A stretch of 64,000 bases of DNA from an uncultured Gammaproteobacteria bacterium (GTDB lineage: Bacteria; Patescibacteriota; Patescibacteriia; UBA9934; GWF2-40-263): NCBI GenBank assembly GCA_964402425.1, contig CAYOCD010000001.1, forward strand, positions 163,442 to 227,441, read 5' to 3'. Under the pieces are notes generated by a model that ran no database searches, had not been told where the DNA came from, and saw nothing but the letters and a program-made list of their open reading frames with translations. The position numbers and the translations under genes are program-made. Positions 57,952 to 64,000 of the stretch are shown here, piece after piece (within the stretch, counting starts at the first letter, position 1; every line of letters begins with the position of its first letter).

Positions 57952-59250
57952 CTAAACACGTTTAATTTGAGCACCTACACCACGAAGTTTCTCTTCCAGA
58001 TTTTCATATCCTCGATCAAGATGTTCGATTCCTGTCAGAGTTGATGTTCCGTCCGCAATAAGCGCAGCAACTACGAACGCGAGTCCTGCACGAATATCTG
58101 GAACTTCAACTTCTGCGGCACGCAATTTTGACGGACCATTGATGACAGCCGAATGTTTGTAATTCATCCCTTTAAATCGACAAGTAATTTCTCCGAGGCA
58201 ATTTGAAAACAATGCGATGTCTGCTCCCATTTTTTTAAGAGCTTCTGTGTATCCAAAACGTTCTTCATAAACCGTTTCATGTACGACACTCGTTCCTTCC
58301 GCTTGTGTAAGCACTGTCACAAATGGCTGTTGCCAGTCTGTCATAAATCCCGGATGTGTATCTGTCTCAAGTTCGATTCCTTTGAGTGGTCGTGTTCCGC
58401 GAAACAAAATTCCGTTTTGTTTCACTTCATATTCCCCGCCAATTCTACGCACAGCATTCAGAAACGTCATCATGTGTGCATGCTCCGCACCACGAACAAG
58501 AATCTCCCCACGTGTTCCAATCGCCATCGATGCATAGGACGCCGCTTCCATACGATCCGGCATAATTGTGACCTCTGTGCCACGCAATTTTTCCACACCA
58601 AAAATTTCAATCCATCGTCCAGAATTAATTTGAATGATCGCCCCCATGTTTTGCAGCATCATGATCAATTGTTTCACTTCAGGTTCTCCAGCCGCATTAC
58701 GAATCGTCGTTCGACCTTCTGCAAGCACACTGGCGAGAATAGCTGTTTCTGTTGCCCCGACGGAAGGATAAGCGAGTTCAATCAACGTTCCTTTTAATCG
58801 TTTTGGAACGGTTGCGTGATAACCGTTTTCTGTTTCAACGATTTGCGCCCCCATCTTTGAGAGAATTTCAATGTGAAAATTGACCGGACGTGGTCCAATA
58901 GCATCTCCTCCAACTCGAGGCACAAAGGCTTCTCCCGCACGATGCAAAAGAGGTGCAAGGGCCAAAATACTAATACGATTTTTTCGTGAAAGCGAAGTTG
59001 CGTTTGTAGAGCTGATTGATGATGTTGTCACACAAACTTCGTTTGGACTTCGCCAGTCAACCTTTGCGCCGACCGCTTCAATAATTTCTTGCGTGATTTG
59101 TGTTTCTTGTTGGCGCGGAACATTTTTGAGCACAACAGGTTCATCTGTGAGCAATGATGCGATCAGCATTTTTGATGCAGCATTTTTTGCTCCAGAGACA
59201 GCAATCTCTCCAACAAGTGGCTTCCCGCCCATGATTTGAAAAACAGACAT
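57952..59250 (-). CDS. murA: UDP-N-acetylglucosamine 1-carboxyvinyltransferase
   Basis: 432 aa EPSP-synthase fold; SGAKNAA N-terminal motif, catalytic Cys-region loop. Confidence 0.95.
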   Translation of the reverse strand: MSVFQIMGGKPLVGEIAVSGAKNAASKMLIASLLTDEPVVLKNVPRQQETQITQEIIEAVGAKVDWRSPNEVCVTTSSISSTNATSLSRKNRISILALAPLLHRAGEAFVPRVGGDAIGPRPVNFHIEILSKMGAQIVETENGYHATVPKRLKGTLIELAYPSVGATETAILASVLAEGRTTIRNAAGEPEVKQLIMMLQNMGAIIQINSGRWIEIFGVEKLRGTEVTIMPDRMEAASYASMAIGTRGEILVRGAEHAHMMTFLNAVRRIGGEYEVKQNGILFRGTRPLKGIELETDTHPGFMTDWQQPFVTVLTQAEGTSVVHETVYEERFGYTEALKKMGADIALFSNCLGEITCRFKGMNYKHSAVINGPSKLRAAEVEVPDIRAGLAFVVAALIADGTSTLTGIEHLDRGYENLEEKLRGVGAQIKRV

Positions 59251-59257
59251 AAAAAAA

Positions 59258-59557
59258 TTAATGAAGTGTTAAAGGCCCTCGTTTATTTCCAAAATCTTGT
59301 GCAATCTTTCGGATTATTCGATTCGTTTCTTTGAGCGCTTCACGTGCAGCCGTAAGATCTATTTCCATTTTGTGAACATCTTCCCACCCAGCCTCTGGAT
59401 CCGCCTGTGCAACAACGAGTTCTTTTGTACGTTCATCAATTTGTTTTCCAAGATACTCACGTTGTTCTTCAAGTGTAAGCAATTGACGATCGCCAAACAT
59501 GGCGAGGGCTTCTACACCAGTCATGGGTGGGACATAAGGAAGTTTTTCTCGTTCCAT
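59258..59557 (-). CDS. Hypothetical 99-aa protein
   Basis: No motifs; 1-nt spacing to the upstream gene suggests co-translation. Confidence 0.45.
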   Translation of the reverse strand: MEREKLPYVPPMTGVEALAMFGDRQLLTLEEQREYLGKQIDERTKELVVAQADPEAGWEDVHKMEIDLTAAREALKETNRIIRKIAQDFGNKRGPLTLH

Positions 59558-59558
59558 A

Positions 59559-59972
59559 TTATTTATTTACAAATTCTTCAAACGCTTTTTCATCATCAAA
59601 CGGCAAAAAATCTTTGTGATGTTCTGGTGGTTTAAACCCATCATATTTTTTATTCCTGATGCCACACCAATATTTTTCTGTTTCTCCGGCAATCGCACCT
59701 GCATAACGAAACCATCCGTTTGCATATCCGCAGTAAGCACATCCAATTTTTTCATACCACGTGAGATACGAAAGCTTGTGTCGATCCATGCGAATAAAAT
59801 CTTTTCGTTGAAGACGAGAAATCCCCATCAAGCGAAATCCGATCTGATGATAAAATTCAAGAGAGATATCAAACAGAACAAGTGGAATGAACTGAAAGAA
59901 GACAAGGGGTGTATAGAAAGTAAATCGAAACTTCATTCTTGGTCGATGATTCAAAATCTGACGATATTTCAT
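59559..59972 (-). CDS. Hypothetical membrane-associated protein with CAYCGY...YWCG cysteine motifs
   Basis: Start taken at MKYRQIL; the track's longer start at 60023 runs into the divergent nrtR promoter region. Confidence 0.45.
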   Translation of the reverse strand: MKYRQILNHRPRMKFRFTFYTPLVFFQFIPLVLFDISLEFYHQIGFRLMGISRLQRKDFIRMDRHKLSYLTWYEKIGCAYCGYANGWFRYAGAIAGETEKYWCGIRNKKYDGFKPPEHHKDFLPFDDEKAFEEFVNK

Positions 59973-60074
59973 ACATATACAGTTAACGCACACAGTATAC
60001 GTCTCCTCCCTGCTTTTTTCCACACGTCTATGAGATAGATAAACTTGACGTTACAGATATTCTCTGATACTTTG

Positions 60075-60089
60075 TGTGTAATTTACACA
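60075..60089 (+). promoter_or_regulatory. 15-bp palindrome TGTGTAATTTACACA 8-22 nt upstream of the nrtR start codon (candidate operator)
   Basis: Perfect 7-1-7 palindrome preceded by a TTGACG -35-like hexamer about 30 nt upstream. Confidence 0.4.
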
Positions 60090-60096
60090 AACAGAT

Positions 60097-60756
60097 ATGT
60101 CCCAACAAAAAATCATCGTTGCTGTTGATACGGTCATCTTTACCGTTCATGATGACGAACTCTGCGTACTCCTCATTCAAATGAAAAAAACACCGTACAC
60201 AGGACTCTGGGCCTTCCCTGGCGGTCGAGTCGAAAATACTGAAACGACAGAACAAACCGCAATTCGTATTTTAAAAGAACAAACCGGTGTTTCAAACGTT
60301 TACCTTGAACAACTCAAAACCTTTGATTCTATTGAGCGAGATCAGCTGGAGCGTGTCATCTCCGTTGCCTCCTTTGCCCTTATCTCCTCATCAGATATTC
60401 ATCTCACAACAACCGACAAATACGCAGACGTAAAGTGGTGGCCGATCAAAAAGCTTCCAGAATTAGCCTACGACCACAAATATATCGCCAAAGAAGCGAT
60501 CGTTCGATTAAAAAGCCGGCTTCAGTACACAAACATCGCCTGGAGTCTGCTTACCGACGAGTTTACCCTCACAGACTTACAGCGTATTTACGAAATTATT
60601 CTTGATACCACCATAGATAAACGTAACTTCCGTAAGCGAATCCTCGCCCTCGACCTCATCTCCTCCGTCGGCAAGAAACGTGGCGGCGAAGCAAACCGCC
60701 CAGCAGAGCTTTACAAGTTCAAGCACAAAAAGCTTGAATATGTGGAGATTATGTAG
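60097..60756 (+). CDS. nrtR: NrtR-type regulator: Nudix (ADP-ribose-binding) domain fused to a C-terminal winged-helix DNA-binding domain
   Basis: Nudix box GGRVENTETTEQTAIRILKEQTG (degenerate GX5EX7REUXEEXGU) and a C-terminal NFRKRILALDLISSVGKKRGGEANRPAELYKF typical of NrtR wHTH. Confidence 0.75.
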   Translation: MSQQKIIVAVDTVIFTVHDDELCVLLIQMKKTPYTGLWAFPGGRVENTETTEQTAIRILKEQTGVSNVYLEQLKTFDSIERDQLERVISVASFALISSSDIHLTTTDKYADVKWWPIKKLPELAYDHKYIAKEAIVRLKSRLQYTNIAWSLLTDEFTLTDLQRIYEIILDTTIDKRNFRKRILALDLISSVGKKRGGEANRPAELYKFKHKKLEYVEIM

Positions 60757-60905
60757 GGAAAGGGCGGAAGTGGCAGAGAGGGCAGAAAAGGCGGAAAGGA
60801 ACGAAAGAAACAAGAGCCAATTTGGCTCTTTTTTGTTCACGCTTTCCACCCCATCCCTTTCCGCCCATTCCGCCTTTTCAGCCTTTTCCGCCCTTTTTCA
60901 TTACG
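60757..60905. repeat. About 150-nt imperfect inverted repeat (purine-rich GGCGGAAAGG-type arm / pyrimidine-rich CCTTTCCGCC-type arm) centred on a perfect intrinsic terminator (about 60811-60836)
   Basis: Left arm gggaaagggcggaag...ggcggaaagg. Centre aagagccaa-tttggctct-tttttt. Right arm ctttccacc...ccgccttttcagccttttccgccc. Plus ORF 60680..60910 and minus ORF 60577..60849 here are spurious. Confidence 0.6.
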
Positions 60906-60914
60906 TTTGACATA

Positions 60915-60939
60915 AGTAAGTGTCTATATTACACTTACT
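60915..60939 (+). promoter_or_regulatory. 25-bp palindrome AGTAAGTGT-n7-ACACTTACT overlapping TTGACA / TATAAT-like hexamers upstream of pncA (candidate operator)
   Basis: 9-bp perfect arms. TTGACA at about 60907 and TATAAT at about 60939 are 26 nt apart, so the promoter assignment is uncertain. Confidence 0.4.
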
Positions 60940-61122
60940 ATAATTTAAAGGACATTTCAAACAAAAAACACCTAAGAAAAACCATTGACATTTTGCGCAA
61001 AATTGGATATTCTTCCCCGTCCTAAGGTGGTGTTTTTCAATGAATACATCTGCGGAAAACACAGGGTTTCCCGCAGATGCCGTTCGTTGAACGTCCCCAT
61101 GGTGGGGATTGAGGTGAGAGCC

Positions 61123-61881
61123 ATGTTGAATGATGAAGGTTTGATTCAGATCGGAAAGGGTGATGCGGTCATCGTCGTCGATGCCACGGGAGCATTCGGT
61201 CCGGACGGCGGACTGCCCGTGCCCGGCGCCCTTGAGATCATCAAGGTCATTCGAGAACTCGTCTTGAAGTTCAAGCGCCGTCAGCGCTTCAACGTCTTTG
61301 ATGCGCACCCAAGAGGTCACATCAACTATCGCACCTCCTACGTGAAGCGGGCCCGTGGTCCGCTCAACATCACGGAAGTTCTGGGCAATAAGATCAAGAT
61401 TGCGAGTCATGCACTCTTCACCCGCGAAGATTTGATCGCCTACCTCATGCGTCTGAATCGGCACGAAACACTCCTCTGGGACGAACATGCCGAAATGACC
61501 ACAAGCGAGATTCGTCTCTTCGACGGTCTGCGCGATCTCGAAGACGCATTCGTCCTTCACTTCCCGAAGGGCACGGATCCAAAAATCGACAGCTACAGTG
61601 CGTTTCGCGATACGCTTTGGATGCCGACCGGTCTTGGTCGCATTCTAAAAGAACGTGGCATCAAACGTGTATTCATCGTCGGTCTTGCGTTCGACTTCTG
61701 CGTTGGCTTCACAGCTGAAGACGCCGCGCTCGAAGGTTTCGAGTCCTACATCGTCCGCGACGGTACACGCTCTGTCGGCCTTCCCGCCGAAGGTGACTAC
61801 CCCGGTTCGATTGCCTTCATGGAAGCGCGTCTCATCGCTCGCGGTGTAAAGTGCATCAACTCGAATCAGATCCAAGCCTAA
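61123..61881 (+). CDS. pncA: Nicotinamidase / pyrazinamidase (isochorismatase-like cysteine hydrolase)
   Basis: VIVVDATGAFGPDGGLPVPGA (D...G), IVGLAFDFCVGFTAEDAALEGF (catalytic Cys). Start at MLNDEG with SD gaggtgag 8 nt upstream; the track ORF begins at 60985. GC-rich. Confidence 0.8.
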   Translation: MLNDEGLIQIGKGDAVIVVDATGAFGPDGGLPVPGALEIIKVIRELVLKFKRRQRFNVFDAHPRGHINYRTSYVKRARGPLNITEVLGNKIKIASHALFTREDLIAYLMRLNRHETLLWDEHAEMTTSEIRLFDGLRDLEDAFVLHFPKGTDPKIDSYSAFRDTLWMPTGLGRILKERGIKRVFIVGLAFDFCVGFTAEDAALEGFESYIVRDGTRSVGLPAEGDYPGSIAFMEARLIARGVKCINSNQIQA

Positions 61882-61947
61882 TTCACTCGCTCTTTTAGCC
61901 CCCCTCGCTCTTCATCTCGAAGGGCCCTTTTCTTAAGCACCTCAACC

Positions 61948-61990
61948 AGTGGGATGCTTCAATCAAAGGTTCGGAACAAGCAGGAGGTCG
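61948..61990 (+). promoter_or_regulatory. Conserved 5'-UTR motif copy 1 (TGGGAYGCTTCAATCAAARGYTCRGAACA...AGGAG) immediately upstream of nadD
   Basis: agtgggatgcttcaatcaaaggttcggaacaagcaggaggtcg followed by the TTG start. Contains the gttcggaac palindrome. Confidence 0.55.
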
Positions 61991-61991
61991 T

Positions 61992-62627
61992 TTGAAAGAA
62001 GAATGCAACGAACAAAAACCACGGACAATCCTCTACAGCGGGAGTTTTGATCCTCCGGGATATCACAACACAGCAACAGCAAAAGCTCTCGCAGATTTTG
62101 CATCGGAAAATGACGTCGTTTGGATTCTTCCTTACGGAGGTCGTCCGAAAAAAAACGGAATCTCGAAATGGCAGGATCGCAGAGAGATGATTCTCCGTGC
62201 GCTGTGTGGATCCAAAAAAACCATTCTGGATTTCATGGATCTCAAACACAGAGAAATGACACCGAACATTGATATGGACCGACGCTTTCGAGACAGACAG
62301 CCGAACCGTGAGGTGTGGCATGTAATCGGAGCGAATATGATTGTGGGTGGAGCAAAGAAACAGTCGAAGATTCATCAGAGGTGGAAAGAGGGACCTTGGG
62401 TCTTTGACCACTTGAACTTCATTATTCTTGTAACACCAAATTCACCAATCAACAAAGAAGACCTTCCTCCGCGCCACAATATCCTGAGAGTGAACACTCA
62501 AGGGACAAGTCAGGAAATTCGGAATCGGGTATCGCGCGGCGAACCGATCGATCATCTTGTTCCTTCGAACGTACTTTCGTACATTCAGGAACACAAACTG
62601 TACTTTCCCAACTCTGCAGAGACCTAA
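61992..62627 (+). CDS. nadD: Nicotinate/nicotinamide mononucleotide adenylyltransferase (NadD-like), TTG start
   Basis: ILYSGSFDPPGYHN (nucleotidyltransferase (H/T)xGH-type motif) and C-terminal SQEIRNRVSRGEPIDHLVPSNVLSYIQEHKLY (ISSTxIR-like). SD caggagg 4 nt before TTG. Confidence 0.75.
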   Translation: MKEECNEQKPRTILYSGSFDPPGYHNTATAKALADFASENDVVWILPYGGRPKKNGISKWQDRREMILRALCGSKKTILDFMDLKHREMTPNIDMDRRFRDRQPNREVWHVIGANMIVGGAKKQSKIHQRWKEGPWVFDHLNFIILVTPNSPINKEDLPPRHNILRVNTQGTSQEIRNRVSRGEPIDHLVPSNVLSYIQEHKLYFPNSAET

Positions 62628-62661
62628 AAAAATCTCTGCCTTTTTCTCAAGCGCCCCAAAT

Positions 62662-62704
62662 GCTGGGACGCTTCAATCAAAAGCTCAGAACACAAGGAGA
62701 CTCG
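62662..62704 (+). promoter_or_regulatory. Conserved 5'-UTR motif copy 2 immediately upstream of the first LOG/SLOG-like gene
   Basis: gctgggacgcttcaatcaaaagctcagaacacaaggagactcg followed by ATG. About 75% identical to copy 1 over 43 nt, with an identical 12-nt core GCTTCAATCAAA. A terminator-like hairpin gcagaga...tctctgc overlaps the nadD stop just upstream. Confidence 0.55.
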
Positions 62705-63478
62705 ATGTCTATCATCATTCCTTCCCTGTTCATAAAGAACCAAGGAGATCAGTCAGTGAAGATCGCTCTGAAGCTGACGACCGCTCGGCAACGAGTTGTT
62801 GTACGGATCACGGGTGGATGCGGATATATGTCTGACGAAGACACGCAAGATTTTCTCTCGCTCTTCGCGGAAGCGTTCTCTGGTTTTGCGGGCGCCATGC
62901 TCTTTGGTGGCACACGCATGATCGAGAAAGAAAACGCTTCAAGAATTGTCCCCGGGATCACCGAGATTCCGTCGCACATTCGCGAGCGTTGTCCAGAAAT
63001 GGTTTCGCTTGGAGTCGTTCCAAGAACCTCTGACATTAAAATCACAGAACACGGACTCGTGGTTTCGGAGAGTGATGAGGATGCGTATCGCACCATCATT
63101 CATCCAAGCCAAGACATGTGCCTGCTGGTTCAAGTGTCTCCGGATCAACCGGCCATTTGGGATGCCGAGTTCGAAGAGTGCCTTCAGATCACGCGCGACC
63201 TGCGCGAGTTCGCGGAGTTCAAGTCACTACTCGTTGTTTACAACGGTGGTGGCGTGACCGAACGCGAACTTCTTGCAACAGCAAAACAGGGCTGGCCGAT
63301 TCTGCTCATCAAGGGCAGCGGCCGCATCGCGGATGCGTACGCAGCGAACACGAAGTTCCTTGCCGCACACCCAAATGTTCGCGTCGCAGAAAAAGATTCT
63401 GACGACATCAGGCAACATCTCATTTCATTCGGGATGCTTCCCCCGGAGAAACTGCGTCTCGTGAAATCACGGGCGTAG
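62705..63478 (+). CDS. Rossmann-like protein with LOG/SLOG-like glycine motifs (paralog A), function unknown
   Basis: RITGGCGYM (compare GGGxxGxM) and LFGGTRMIE (compare PGGxGTxEE). Start at MSIIIPS with SD aaggag 6 nt upstream; the track ORF begins at 62660 inside the UTR motif. Confidence 0.55.
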   Translation: MSIIIPSLFIKNQGDQSVKIALKLTTARQRVVVRITGGCGYMSDEDTQDFLSLFAEAFSGFAGAMLFGGTRMIEKENASRIVPGITEIPSHIRERCPEMVSLGVVPRTSDIKITEHGLVVSESDEDAYRTIIHPSQDMCLLVQVSPDQPAIWDAEFEECLQITRDLREFAEFKSLLVVYNGGGVTERELLATAKQGWPILLIKGSGRIADAYAANTKFLAAHPNVRVAEKDSDDIRQHLISFGMLPPEKLRLVKSRA

Positions 63479-63503
63479 AAAATCAGGAAGTACGTTGGTG
63501 ATC

Positions 63504-64000
63504 ATGACAACGACAGCCAGAACCGTAACAGGGGCAGGTGGGAAAACTTACCTGCTTATCCAAGACAAGCGTGATCAAATCCCCACAACGTTCGCCCTCA
63601 TGGCAACGCGTGCGGGAGAGAAAGTATGTTTGCGCATCAGTGGCGGATGCAAAGGAATGGATGGTGATGATAAGCGTGCCATGATCGGCTTTTTCCTGAT
63701 GGCCCTCGAAGGCTTCAAGGGAATGATCTGGTCGGGTGGCACACGTCAGTTCGACAAAGACATCGTTCTTGACCCCATGGTCACGGACATTCCCGGTTTC
63801 ATCGCAGCCTCAAATCCCGAATGTGTTGCACTCGGCTCCGCTCCGCGTACGGACGTCTTGCGCCTCACGGGCGAATCACATCTGATGCTCGACGATTACG
63901 GCACCGCGCCGAATCCGGCCATGAATGCAATTCTGCTTGTGCAGGATGGTGCGGAAGGCAAACTCGACTGGGACGGCGATCTGAATGCCGCCTTCGAACT
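63504..64000 (+). CDS. Paralog B of the LOG/SLOG-like Rossmann protein (3' end beyond window)
   Basis: Manual translation MTTTARTVTGAGGKTYLLIQDK...RISGGCKGMDGDD...IWSGGTRQFDKD...LLVQDGAEGKLDWDGD aligns with paralog A (RITGGCGYMSDED...LFGGTRMIE...LLVQVSPDQPAIWDAE). Confidence 0.55.
   Translation, partial: MTTTARTVTGAGGKTYLLIQDKRDQIPTTFALMATRAGEKVCLRISGGCKGMDGDDKRAMIGFFLMALEGFKGMIWSGGTRQFDKDIVLDPMVTDIPGFIAASNPECVALGSAPRTDVLRLTGESHLMLDDYGTAPNPAMNAILLVQDGAEGKLDWDGDLNAAFE

Noticed and set aside
60577-60910. ORFs 60680..60910 (+) and 60577..60849 (-) translating AERAEKAERNERNK / SAFSAFSALF repeats
   Set aside because: They are read through the purine/pyrimidine inverted-repeat array and terminator. 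The repetitive peptide is a consequence of DNA repeats, not a gene.
60901-61560. 219-aa minus-strand ORF overlapping pncA
   Set aside because: Antisense to the pncA frame that has catalytic Cys and Asp motifs; GC-rich artefact.
1-64000. CRISPR arrays, rRNA genes, transposases/integrases
   Set aside because: No direct-repeat/spacer periodicity, no 16S/23S/5S signatures, and no DDE/tyrosine-recombinase ORFs were found on reading both strands.

Overview
This is a low-GC (about 40% by eye), gene-dense bacterial chromosomal segment with short intergenic regions. It is probably from a Candidate Phyla Radiation / Patescibacteria-like organism. That placement is inferred from several features. The ribosomal cluster has no L30 gene between S5 and L15, S14 is the 61-aa zinc type, and several r-proteins carry terminal extensions. 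Rel is short (500 aa), AspRS lacks the GAD insertion, and many genes lack Shine-Dalgarno sequences. The core of the window, on the minus strand, is rpsL-rpsG-fusA ... tuf-rpsJ followed by the S10/spc block (rplC through rplO), then secY-adk-map. Around it are standard housekeeping genes. Four are aminoacyl-tRNA synthetases (hisS, aspS, asnS) and translation GTPase der. Replication and repair are covered by topA, dprA, recO and ruvX. Segregation genes are parA, parB, scpA and scpB. Cell-envelope genes are murA, an LCP protein, lepB, a prepilin peptidase, a D,D-carboxypeptidase, a GT4 glycosyltransferase and a site-2 protease. The remainder are pth and rel. There is a three-tRNA cluster: elongator Met-CAU, Leu-CAA and initiator fMet-CAU. 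Two related palindromic MITE-like elements of about 127 nt flank the elongator tRNA-Met. Many rho-independent terminators are visible, often bidirectional between convergent genes. Several visibly GC-richer islands interrupt the AT-rich backbone. One is a 1024-aa HrpB-like DEAH helicase with an uncharacterised C-terminal half. Another is a Cys-rich tandem zinc-ribbon repeat protein. The third, at the 3' end, is an NrtR (Nudix-related NAD regulator) cassette: nrtR, pncA, nadD, then two tandem paralogous LOG/SLOG-like Rossmann proteins. The second paralog runs off the window. The cassette carries a conserved repeated 5'-UTR motif and large inverted repeats. I consider this cassette the most likely candidate for an undescribed system, possibly a regulated NAD/NMN salvage or nucleotide-processing module. 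No rRNA genes, CRISPR arrays or obvious transposases were seen. All coordinates for non-coding features are hand-derived and may be off by 1-2 nt.
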